Source: Eledone cirrhosa
Lineage: Eukaryota
Assembly (NCBI GenBank): GCA_964016885.1
Contig: OZ024752.1
Span: forward strand, 7,936,001-8,000,000
Direction: 5' to 3'
DNA length: 64,000 nucleotides
Shown here: one piece after another, positions 41,132 to 53,084 of the stretch
How positions within the stretch are numbered: position 1 is the stretch's first letter
How the letters are laid out: each line of letters starts with the position of its first letter
Notes under the pieces: model-generated
What the model was told of the DNA's origin: nothing
The model's input: only the letters and a program-made list of their open reading frames with translations
The model's database searches: none
Translations under genes and position numbers: made by a program

Positions 41132-41546
41132 TACCCATCTGCCAGATAGTTGAACGTTCGAAAGTATATACTTTCCTTATGAAAATTAACGGCTGATCAG
41201 CCTAATTTGCATATTGAGTGAGTTAAATCGGTCAGGCATACCGAAAACGATAAATTGAAACAAAATGAAAACGAAATTTCATTTCTCACTCTTAGTATGG
41301 CACTTACTTAAATGTAAGTATGCATGTATACGTACATACATATATGTATACAGACGTACAGTAGCACGCACATATATATATATATATACATATGCATACA
41401 GGTACACATACATATATGCACGTATCAGTTTAGCGGCGCTTATTATAACGTCGCTTTGTTCGTTTGTAAACAAACTGAACAGCCTGAATTTATGCCATAC
41501 GGTGTTAAGGCAACCACGTCACCTTTTTGTTCAACACTGACACAGG

Positions 41547-41591
41547 AACGATGTACTAGTTTCAAGCTTGTTAGCTATCATCAGCACCGTT
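41547..41591 (-). ncRNA. Minimal type I hammerhead ribozyme, copy 5
   Basis: Identical to copy 1. Confidence 0.85.
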
Positions 41592-42018
41592 TACCCATCT
41601 GCCAGATAGTTGAACGTTCGAAAGTATATACTTTCCTTATGAAAATTAACGGCTGATCAGCCTAATTTGCATATTGAGTGAGTTAAATCGGTCAGGCATA
41701 ACGAAAACGATAAATTGAAACAAAATGAAAACGAAATTTCATTTCTCACTCTTAGTATGGCACTTACTTAAATGTAAGTATGCATGTATACGTACATACA
41801 TATATGTATACAGACGTACAGTAGCACGCACATATATATATATATATACATATATATATACATATGCATACAGGTACACATACATATATGCACGTATCAG
41901 TTTAGCGGCGCTTATTATAACGTCGCTTTGTTCGTTTGTAAACAAACTGAACAGCCTGAATTTATGCCATACGGTGTTAAGGCAACCACGTCACCTTTTT
42001 GTTCAACACTGACACAGG

Positions 42019-42063
42019 AACGATGTACTAGTTTCAAGCTTGTTAGCTATCATCAGCACCGTT
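42019..42063 (-). ncRNA. Minimal type I hammerhead ribozyme, copy 6
   Basis: Identical to copy 1. Confidence 0.85.
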
Positions 42064-42490
42064 TACCCATCTGCCAGATAGTTGAACGTTCGAAAGTATA
42101 TACTTTCCTTATGAAAATTAACGGCTGATCAGCCTAATTTGCATATTGAGTGAGTTAAATCGGTCAGGCATACCGAAAACGATAAATTGAAACAAAATGA
42201 AAACGAAATTTCATTTCTCACTCTTAGTATGGCACTTACTTAAATGTAAGTATGCATGTATACGTACATACATATATGTATACAGACGTACAGTAGCACG
42301 CACATATATATATATATATACATATATATATACATATGCATACAGGTACACATACATATATGCACGTATCAGTTTAGCGGCGCTTATTATAACGTCGCTT
42401 TGTTCGTTTGTAAACAAACTGAACAGCCTGAATTTATGCCATACGGTGTTAAGGCAACCACGTCACCTTTTTGTTCAACACTGACACAGG

Positions 42491-42535
42491 AACGATGTAC
42501 TAGTTTCAAGCTTGTTAGCTATCATCAGCACCGTT
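42491..42535 (-). ncRNA. Minimal type I hammerhead ribozyme, copy 7
   Basis: Identical to copy 1. Confidence 0.85.
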
Positions 42536-42681
42536 TACCCATCTGCCAGATAGTTGAACGTTCGAAAGTATATACTTTCCTTATGAAAATTAACGGCTGA
42601 TCAGCCTAATTTGCATATTAGGCAGATCTGGCAGATGGGTAAACTATCTGGCAGATGGGTAAACTATCTGGCAGATGGGTA

Positions 42682-42726
42682 AACGGTGCTGATGATAGCT
42701 AACAAGCTTGAAACTAGTACATCGTT
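42682..42726 (+). ncRNA. Minimal type I hammerhead ribozyme, copy 8 (inverted unit)
   Basis: aacggtg CTGATGA tagctaacaagctt GAAA ctag TA catcgtt read directly on the + strand; predicted cut after 42719. Confidence 0.85.
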
Positions 42727-43091
42727 CCTGTGTCAGTGTTGAACAAAAAGGTGACGTGGTTGCCTTAACACCGTATGGCATAAATTCAGGCTGTTCAGTT
42801 TGTTTACAAACGAACAAAGCGACGTTATAATAAGCGCCGCTAAACTGATACGTGCATATATGTATGTGTACCTGTATGCATATGTATATATATATGTATA
42901 TATATATATATATGTGCGTGCTACTGTACGTCTGTATACATATATGTATGTACGTATACATGCATACTTACATTTAAGTAAGTGCCATACTAAGAGTGAG
43001 AAATGAAATTTCGTTTTCATTTTGTTTCAATTTATCGTTTTCGGTATGCCTGACCGATTTAACTCACTCAATATGCAAATTAGGCTGATCA

Positions 43092-43833
<742 letters not shown>

Positions 43834-44100
43834 CACTGTCCTGAAAAGCATGAAACATTTTATTTATAATTTATATCAAACTTCTCTAAATAATTAAAAG
43901 GTAAATTACTTTTGCCCTTTTCTTCTAATTTTCTTGTTTTTGTCACAAATGCCAAATATTATCCTTTTAAGTTTAGACAGAAATAATAAAGTTAATTACA
44001 CTTTTCTTCTTTTTTATAAAATAAAAAAAGGAAATAAATCAAGAAAGAATCTAAATAAAAGAGAGACAAAATAGTTAATTATTTTATTTTTAATTTTCAG

Positions 44101-44318
44101 TGTAATCCATCCTGTGAAAATGGTGTTTGGTTTTGTGGCAATTGCCGCTGCTTTCGGAGGGTTTGTGTTCTGTACCAATAACCAGTGGAAAAGCCGCAAG
44201 TTCAAGAGAGACCATCCAATTATTAGTGTGTTGATAGTTCTTGGTGCTGGATACCTACTTGTCTACATGCTGGGAGCTGTTATAGTCTTCTTACTTGGGG
44301 TAGCATTCCCTTTAATGT
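44101..44318 (+). CDS. ARL6IP5: PRA1-family protein (ARL6IP5/PRAF3- or PRAF2-like), penultimate coding exon
   Basis: Acceptor ttttcag at 44100, donor gtaagt at 44319. Encodes VIHPVKMVFGFVAIAAAFGGFVF...KFKRDHPIISVLIVLGAGYLLVYMLGAVIVFLLGVAFPLM (hydrophobic PRA1 segments); phase-1 join to the next exon. Confidence 0.9.
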
Positions 44319-44699
44319 GTAAGTACTATATGATCACTACAACACATTCTCCATCATCATCTTAATCCCCTTTCTTCTTCTTCTTTTTCTTTTTCTTTTT
44401 CTTTTTTTTTCTTTTTATTTTATTTTATTCTTGTCTTTTCTTCTTGGTTTTGGCTGTAAAATCTGTCCCACGATCCTTTCCTCAGACATTTTAACCATGT
44501 GTTTATAGTATCAGCTGTGCACCAGTAACAAAGTAGTTGAACCAGTAACCTGCAAAGTCAATCAGGTAATACAGGACAGAATCATATCTAATGATTAGCG
44601 CAGCTAAATGTCAGCAGGAGGGCACTCAGGAGTCATGAACTGGAAGCGGCTTGGTCATCTTAGAGTGTAAGAATTTAAGGGCTTGAACACTTGCTTGAA

Positions 44700-46143
44700 G
44701 CGAGTTTCTTCTCTCAAGACCTTCTGTTGTCCAGCTCTCCTGACAGTTTCTTCTCTCAAGACCTTCTGTTGTCCAGCTCTCCTCAGAGTTTCTTCTCTCA
44801 AGACCTTCTGTTGTCCAGCTCTCCTCAGAGTTTCTTACCTGAAGACCTTCTGTTGTCCAACTCTCCTCAGAGTTTCTTACCTGAAGACCTTCTGTTGTCC
44901 AACTCTCCTCAGAGTTTCTTACCTGAAGACCTTCTGTTGTCCAGCTCTCCTCAGAGTTTCTTCTCTCAAGACCTTCTGTTGTCCAGCTCTCCTCAGAGTT
45001 TCTTCTCTCAAGACCTTCTGTTGTCCAGCTCTCCTCAGAGTTTCTTCTCTCAAGACCTTCTGTTGTCCAGCTCTCCTGACAGTTTCTTACCTGAAGACCT
45101 TCTGTTGTCCAGCTCTCCTCAGAGTTTCTTCTCTCAAGACCTTCTGTTGTCCAGCTCTCCTCAGAGTTTCTTACCTGAAGACCTTCTGTTGTCCAACTCT
45201 CCTCAGAGTTTCTTACCTGAAGACCTTCTGTTGTCCAACTCTCCTCAGAGTTTCTTACCTGAAGACCTTCTGTTGTCCAGCTCTCCTCAGAGTTTCTTCT
45301 CTCAAGACCTTCTGTTGTCCAGCTCTCCTCAGAGTTTCTTCTCTCAAGACCTTCTGTTGTCCAGCTCTCCTCAGAGTTTCTTCTCTCAAGACCTTCTGTT
45401 GTCCAGCTCTCCTGACAGTTTCTTCTCTCAAGACCTTCTGTTGTCCAGCTCTCCTCAGAGTTTCTTCTCTCAAGACCTTCTGTTGTCCAACTCTCCTCAG
45501 AGTTTCTTCTCCTCAAGACCGTCTGTTGTCCAACTCTCCTCAGAGTTTCTTACCTGAAGACCTTCTGTTGTCCAGCTCTCCTCAAAGTTTCTTCTCTCAA
45601 GACCTTCTGTTGTCCAGCTCTCCTCAGAGTTTCTTCTCTCAAGACCTTCTGTTGTCCAGCTCTCCTCAGAGTTTCTTCTCTCAAGACCTTCTGTTGTCCA
45701 GCTCTCCTCAGAGTTTCTTCTCTCAAGACCTTCTGTTGTCCAGCTCTCCTCAGAGTTTCTTCTCCTCAAGACCTTCTGTTGTCCAGCTCTCCTCAGAGTT
45801 TCTTCTCTCAAGACCTTCTGTTGTCCAGCTCTCCTCAGAGTTTCTTCTCTCAAGACCGTCTGTTGTCCAGCTCTCCTCAGAGTTTCTTCTCTCAAGACCT
45901 TCTGTTGTCCAGCTCGCCTCAGAGTTTCTTCTCCTCAAGACCTTCTGTTGTCCAACTCTCCTCAGAGTTTCTTACCTGAAGACCTTCTGTTGTCCAGCTC
46001 TCCTCAGAGTTTCTTCTCTCAAGACCTTCTGTTGTCCAGCTCTCCTCAGAGTTTCTTCTCTCAAGACCTTCTGTTGTCCAGCTCTCCTCAGAGTTTCTTC
46101 TCTCAAGACCTTCCCTTGTCCAGCTCTCCTCAGAGTTTCTTAC
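44700..46143. repeat. 42-bp minisatellite (about 34 copies), intronic
   Basis: TTCTTCTCTCAAGACCTTCTGTTGTCCAGCTCTCCTCAGAGT. Confidence 0.95.
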
Positions 46144-46765
46144 CACTGCAATTATACAACTGGGCTTTTATTATTTTCTTGTTTGTTTGTGCCAGTGCTG
46201 TAGACTGGGGTTGGGTTGTGGTGAATCTTAAGTTTCTGATAATCTGACTTTATGATGTATGTTCAATTCTCAGTTGGGTCTTTTTATATCACTGATACCT
46301 CCTAACAGTACATGATACCTGTATTTGGATGATGATGATATATAACCAAATATATGTATAAATTTTAACAAAGCTCTCTCTCTCTCTCATAAATTGATAT
46401 TAGGTCAATCTGCTCTAAAGTAGAATTTTTCTGTTATGAAATGGTACAAGTGGAGTGTCTGCCACCACCACCCCTCTTCCCCCCCCTTCTCACTGCTTCT
46501 TCTCCTTTCTCTGTCACAATCTATGTATCTATATATATATATTTATTTATGTAATTAACAATACAAGACAATTATTCCATTTACCAAAGGTTTCACGAAG
46601 ACAGACGAGCTCAACAGAGACGTCTGAAACCTTTGGTAAATGAAATAATTGTCTTATGTTGTTTATTACACAACTAAATAGCTCTGTAGTCTACATAGAG
46701 CACTCTCTTTTCCTTTACCTTTCCTACGGAAATACTTTATATATATATATATAAATATATATATA

Positions 46766-47107
46766 TCATCATCATCATTTCATTTTATGTCCGCTTTTTC
46801 CCTGCTTGCAAGGGTGGGACAGGAACTGATGCTGGCTTGATTTCTACAGCTGGATGCCCTTCCTAACACCAACCTCATTTACAGTGAGTGTTGGGTGCTT
46901 TTTTGCTGTGGCGCCTACACAACCACTTTGCAGTGGAATGATATGGACCCCAGTCCCTATCATCTCATTTCTACAGCTAAGTAAACTGGAGCAATGTGAA
47001 ATAAAGTGTCTTGCTCAAGGAAACAACACATCACCCGGTCTGAGAATTGAACTCACAACCTTTCGATTGCAAGGCCAATGCTCTCACCACTAAGCCATGT
47101 GCCTCCA
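46766..47107 (-). mobile_element. RTE tail/SINE-module chimera next to a SINE A 5' portion
   Basis: (CAT)n plus RTE end at 46766-46822, module to about 46935, tRNA head at 46962-47107. Confidence 0.7.
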
Positions 47108-47640
47108 TATATATATAATACCTCTTTCTTTCTCTTCTTAAATAAAGAAAAATATAAATACTAAAATAATAAGCAGCTGGCTGAGTGTGAGGCCTCCTGT
47201 TGTCTGGCTATCTCTCTATAGTGGAGTGGAGTGTGATCTATCTCTCTATAGTGGAGTAAAGTGTGACCTCACTCTACCTATGTCTCTCTAATGAAGTGAC
47301 AGCCCAGTACAGGAATCAAACCCACAACATTATGATGGTAAGTCCAACCCCCTTACCACTAGGCCACACAACAGCCCAAGAATCAAACCCACAACAAGTA
47401 CATGTAACTCATTGATAACTTTGTTCCATTTATTGACTGAAGAAGAAAGAACAATGTTTCTGTATTTTGATCTCTATTTCAACTTTATCTGTTAATATCT
47501 ACAAATAACTTAGATACAAAGTGTGTCTAAATATTTCTATTTGTTCTCAAGTCCACCAGGATTAAAACAAAAGTGTGAGAACTTTATATAAATCTATCAA
47601 ATCTTAACTTCCTCTACCATATGAAACAGCATTAGCAAAA

Positions 47641-47828
47641 TCATCATCATCATCATCATACGTCCGCTTTTCCCTGCTTGCAAGGGTGGGACGGGTCCTA
47701 TTCAGCACAGCATCTCTCCATTCGTCGCTGTCCTTCATCATCTCCTCCATGAGCTTCAGCGATCTGAGGTCTGTTCTCACCACCTCCGCCCATGTTTCTC
47801 GTGGTCTACCTCTACTGCGTCTTCCTTA
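47641..47828 (-). mobile_element. RTE LINE 3' end fragment
   Basis: Collinear with 56001-56190. Confidence 0.85.
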
Positions 47829-48346
47829 ATCTGTCCATTAGTAAGACATTCTTGAAAAGTACAAAACAACATTATAACTACATCACATATTATCACAAAC
47901 CTATCCACCAGTAAAAATACTATTAACATTTGAATTAACATCCATTTTTAGATATTTGCTGCTAAATTAATACAGCTTGTTAACAATTAGTATCATCTTC
48001 TCCAGGCAGACAGACGGACCACAATTCGCAATATATATGAAAAATAATTACATTTTAAAGTTTCCAAATAGAGCGTTATATGAATAAGTTGTTTCTTATA
48101 AAAACATAATTATTTTTCCTACGTTTCACGAAGAAATGTCAACATGAATGGACCTGTTATTTTTATCTAAAGACATTTTTTCCAATTCCACCCCGCCCGT
48201 CCCTTCAATCTATCTTATTTCTCATTCTTTCTTCTGATGAAGGACTAGCGTCCAAAACGTTACGACCCTCTTCCTTCTATATCAAGCATTAACCTAATAT
48301 ATTCCATATACTGTACCGATTGTGTTGTTATTTCTGTTTACCTTTT

Positions 48347-48381
<35 letters not shown>

Positions 48382-49003
48382 TGTATGTATAGTATATTTG
48401 GCAATATACCGTATGTTTAATTAAAAACATTTATCGACCATACACTATCAATTTTAAAGTAGTGACTATGTCACTTCTTTTCAGCGAAAGAAGGGAGAGA
48501 AGTTGACAGCCTGTTTCACGCTGGTTGGCGTTCATCAGAGCCACGTACTCCCCTGCTTTCGCCGAAAATTATAGAAGCTGGATTCTTATAGAATTCCAGT
48601 AATAATCAGGAGCAGATTATAGATACCGTTATCTAAAATAATATACTCTGCTCTGCACGAGCATTGAGTGCTCAAACGGCATACCGCCTACGGACGTATT
48701 TATTGCAACCTTAGAACAACTATGTATATATATATAAAGTTCAGATCTAGCTGTCGAAACAGTCGGAGCTCAGCCGTCGGGGTCCTGAATCTTTATATAT
48801 AATTTTTGATGATTTAGTGTTAAATAAAAACTAATGATAAAATAAAAAAAACATATTTTAAAAACTGAGTCCTGCGAGGTTCTGTGGCTCTCAGCTAGTT
48901 TATAGTTAAGTCCAGCACCAATCCTCTTTACCAAAAGTCATTTCTACAGTTTAAAAAGTCACTTGTTTCTCTTTACTGATTATTATTTTCTTTAATTTTT
49001 CAG

Positions 49004-49140
49004 TAATTTTGCTACATGCTTCTCTGAGAATGCGAAGTATGAAGAACAAACTGGCAAACAAGATGGAATATATTGGCCTGAAACGAAGTCCTATGGGAAT
49101 CATTTTGGAAGGATTTGGTCAGGATCATGAGACAGGATAA
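49004..49140 (+). CDS. ARL6IP5: PRA1-family protein, last coding exon
   Basis: Acceptor tttttcag at 49003. Encodes (L)[44 protein letters not shown], matching the HASLRLRNLKNK...GLKRTPMG motif of ARL6IP5/PRAF2; TAA at 49138-49140. Confidence 0.93.
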
Positions 49141-49449
49141 TTAACACAACTAAATACAAACTAAACTAAACAAAAATTGGCTTTCATATTCCTGTACAGA
49201 CCCCTTTTATTGAAGCCTCAAACATGTCCAGTAATTTTTTTTTAAAGAGTGAAAAAAAAAAAATATTTGAAAAAAAAAATTGTAAACAAAAATTGTTAAA
49301 AAAAAAATGGAAAAAATGATATTTAAAAAAATATTTTTTTTAAATTAATTTGGAACAAAATTCCTGATAGAAGTGTAATTTTGATGGTGTTGAATGGGGT
49401 GACTTGGGATATCAAAGACAAAACAAAAATAATTACGAACCAGTTGATT

Positions 49450-50752
49450 CTCTAGTTATATATCCCTAATTATATATATATCTCTAGGTATATATATCAC
49501 TAGTGAGATATCCCTAATTATATATCCCTAGTTATATATCCCTAGGTATATATATATATCTAGGTAGATATCTCTAGTTAGATATCTCTACATATATCTC
49601 TAGATATCTCTCTAGGTAGATATCTCTAGATATCTCTCTAGGTAATATCTCTCTAGGTATATCTCTCTAGTTAGATATCTCTCTAGGTAGATATCTCTCT
49701 AGGTAGATATCTCTCTAGTTAGATATCTCTCTAGCTAGATATATCTCTAGGTAGATATCTCTCTAGGTAGATATCTCTCTAGGTAGATATCTCTCTAGGT
49801 ATATCTCTCTAGTTAGATATCTCTCTAGCTAGATATCTCTCTAGTTAGATATCTCTCTAGTTAGATATCTCTCTAGCTAGATATATCTCTAGCTAGATAT
49901 ATCTCTAGGTAGATATCTCTCTAGGTAGATATCTCTCTAGGTAGATATCTCTCTAGGTAGATATCTCTCTAGTTAGATATCTCTCTAGCTAGATATATCT
50001 CTAGCTAGATATATCTCTAGGTAGATATCTCTCTAGGTAGATATCTCTCTAGGTAGATATCTCTCTAGGTAGATATCTCTCTAGGTAGATATCTCTCTAG
50101 GTAGATATCTCTCTAGGTATATCTCTCTAGTTAGATATCTCTCTAGCTAGATATATCTCTAGGTAGATATCTCTCTAGTTAGATATCTCTAGAGATCTCT
50201 CTAGTTAGATATCTCTCTAGGTAGATATCGCTCTAGCTAGATATATCTCTAGGTAGATATATCTCTAGGTAGATATCTCTCTAGTTAGATATCTCTCTAG
50301 TTAGATATCTCTCTAGTTAGATATCTCTCTAGTTAGATATCTCTCTAGTTAGATACCTCTCTAGCTAGATATATCTCTAGGTAGATATCTCTCTAGTTAG
50401 ATATCTCTAGATATCTCTCTAGGTAGATATCTCTCTAGGTAGATATCTCTCTAGGTAGATATCTCTCTAGTTAGATATCTCTCTAGTTAGATACCTCTCT
50501 AGCTAGATATATCTCTAGTTAGATATCTCTAGATATCTCTCTAGGTAGATATCTCTCTAGGTAGATATCTCTCTAGGTAGATAGCTCTCTAGTTAGATAT
50601 CTCTCTAGTTAGATATATCTCTCAGTAGATATATCTCTAGTTAGATATCTCTCTAGTTAGATATCTCTCTAGTTAGATATATCTCTAGGTAGATATCTCT
50701 CTGGGTAGATATCTCTCTAGTTAGATATCTCTAGATATCTCTCTAGTTATAT
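49450..50752. repeat. 16-bp minisatellite just downstream of the stop codon
   Basis: AGATATCTCTCTAG(G/T/C)T. Confidence 0.93.
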
Positions 50753-50915
50753 CTCACCATTGGTTACTATATTCCTTTGTGATATCTTTCTACTCACATC
50801 TCTCTTCTGCCTCCTAAAATACTGCTTATGTGATGTCCAACACATACCACAGATGCTGACTTATAGATTTCCTCTACACAAATCTATCTTTACGCAACCT
50901 TCAACTATATTACCC

Positions 50916-51126
50916 ATAGTTCTGCTACATAAGGCTCCTTAACACATCATTAAATATATAGTTCTGCTACATTAAGGCTCCTTAACACATCATTAAATAT
51001 ATAGTTCTGCTACATAAGGCTCCTTAACACATCATTAAATATATAGTTCTGCTACATAAGGCTCCTTAACACATCATTAAATATATAATTCTGCTACATA
51101 AGGCTCCTTAACACGTCATTAAATAT
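50916..51126. repeat. 42-bp tandem repeat, 5 copies
   Basis: ATAGTTCTGCTACATAAGGCTCCTTAACACATCATTAAATAT. Confidence 0.9.
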
Positions 51127-51214
51127 TTAGTCCCATGTCTTACCTATCTCCCTGTACACTTATAAAACTGTGCTGCGCTATATTGAAACACCTCTATATA
51201 CAGATATAGATTTC

Positions 51215-51640
51215 TATATAACACACATGTATGTTATATATGACATACATATGTGTTGTATAAAACACACATGTATGTTGTATATAACACATATGTATGT
51301 TATATATAACATACATGTGTGTTATATACAACACATATGTATGTTATATATGACATACATGTGTGTTGTATATAACACACATGTATGTTATATATGACAT
51401 ACATATGTGTTGTATATGACATACATGTATGTTGTATATGACATACATGTATGTCATATACAACATACATGTATGTTGTATATGACATACATGTATGTTG
51501 TATATAACATACATGTATGTCATATAAAACACATGTATGTTGTATATGACATACATGTATGTTGTATATAACATACATGTATGTCATATAAAACACACAT
51601 GTATGTTGTATATGACATACATGTGTGTTATATAACACAC
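51215..51640. repeat. About 22-bp degenerate AT-rich repeat
   Basis: TATATGACATACATGTATGTTG-like units. Confidence 0.85.
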
Positions 51641-52170
51641 ACACACACATCTGCATGCACATATCCACACACACACATTAACATACTCCTATAAAAACAA
51701 CCTCATTCATCAACACATCTATATATAAGAAGATTTATTTATATTTTTACATGATCACAATGTTTCTGCAAAGCTTGTATGTTAGGTTTCATCAGGGATG
51801 AAGTTTTTATTCTTACCTAATGAAGTTCAGTGAACCCACACTCTGTAGAAACGTTGTGTCCATGTTGTAAGAATATGAATAAATCTCTTTTTACAATATT
51901 CTATTTTAAAATGAGTTGTTTGTCCTCTGTAGGCTACTGTGGTCACTGAATCAGAACCCAATATAAACATCTGTGTATCAAATACATCCCCTCCCCTCCC
52001 CCTATATAAAACAGCTATGCATCAGCGTCAGGTACACTTCTATATAGACATATCTGTAGAACAACAATCTGACATACCTGTATATCAATGCATCTACCCC
52101 TCTCTCTCTATATATATATATATATTCTAACCCATGCTAGCGTGGAAGAACGGACGTAAAACGGTGATGA

Positions 52171-52207
<37 letters not shown>

Positions 52208-52209
<2 letters not shown>

Positions 52210-52281
52210 TTCCATTACCAAAGGTTTCAGGAGACTAGACGATCCTTACAGAAATGTCCAGCTCGTTCGTCAGATGGAATA
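52208..52281 (-). ncRNA. Type I hammerhead ribozyme with long stem II
   Basis: The - strand reads UAUUCCAU-CUGACGA-[ACGAGCUGGAC...GUCUAGUCUCCU]-GAAA-CC-UUU-GG-UA^AUGGAAUA: perfect 8-bp stem I, all core bases intact. Confidence 0.8.
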
Positions 52282-52533
52282 GTTAACTATTTCATCTGAT
52301 GAAAGAGCTGGACGTTTGTTATGTAATTAAAAGGCTCTGTACTATACATAGAGCATTCTTCTTTCTTTTACCTTTTCTACGGAAATACTTAACACACATA
52401 TATACACACGCACACATATATGTATACACACACACTCACATACACTCATACACATCTAAGCCAACTCTTACAGTACAAACCTGTAGATATTCCCCTTCTA
52501 CAGATATGTTTATATATACAATATTTACACAGA

Positions 52534-52581
<48 letters not shown>

Positions 52582-52853
52582 ATATTGATCTTTCTTGTTT
52601 CTTGAATTGTAAAAGGTTCTCTCTTCAGTTCCACCACAATATTCTATATTTCTGCTAGATCTCCTCCCCAACAAGATTCATTGATTTACAAATATGTCTT
52701 TTGTTTGTTTGTTTTTATTTTTATTTTCTTTTATATATATATATATATATAAAGGTCTCTATTCATATTGAATTACGATTTCCTTTTCATTAAGTGTTGA
52801 CACTGATGTGAGTTTGCGACTAAATTGACTTAATCATGATAACACTGATCTGT

Positions 52854-53084
52854 TGACCCCAGCTACATCAAGTTAGCTCAAATGTTTTTATCAGTGGTTG
52901 GTAGACTCACCAAATACCGACCTTCACCTCTGACCCCAGCTACATCAAGTTAGCTCAAATGTTTTTATCAGTGGTTGGTAGACTCACCAAATACCGACCT
53001 TCACCTCTGACCCCAGCTACATCAAGTTAGCTCAAATGTTTTTATCAGTGGTTGGTAGACTCACCAAATACCAACTTTCACCTT
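52854..53084. repeat. 77-bp tandem repeat, 3 copies
   Basis: Units start at 52854, 52931 and 53008. Confidence 0.9.

Larger units (their letters stand above)
39512..43091. mobile_element. 472-bp hammerhead-containing tandem repeat (candidate non-LTR retrozyme): about 6.6 direct units plus one inverted unit
   Basis: Period of 472 bp (one 460-bp unit); units differ by only a few bases; each holds a type I hammerhead; inversion junction at about 42620. Confidence 0.85.

Noticed and set aside
39512-42619. snRNA or 5S rRNA gene cluster, suggested by the octamer and tandem layout
   Set aside because: No recognisable U snRNA or 5S rRNA sequence in the unit
39849-43020. Repeated 95-aa and 114-aa ORFs in the 472-bp unit
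   Set aside because: They run through TA/CA microsatellite sequence and have no recognisable motif; the ribozyme explains the unit better
44319-44365. ORF-track extension CKYYMITTTHSPSSS
   Set aside because: Read-through past the GTAAGT donor; homology continues in frame at 49004
48730-48800. Short inverted repeat containing GAAAC, possibly a hammerhead
   Set aside because: No CUGANGA box in a compatible position
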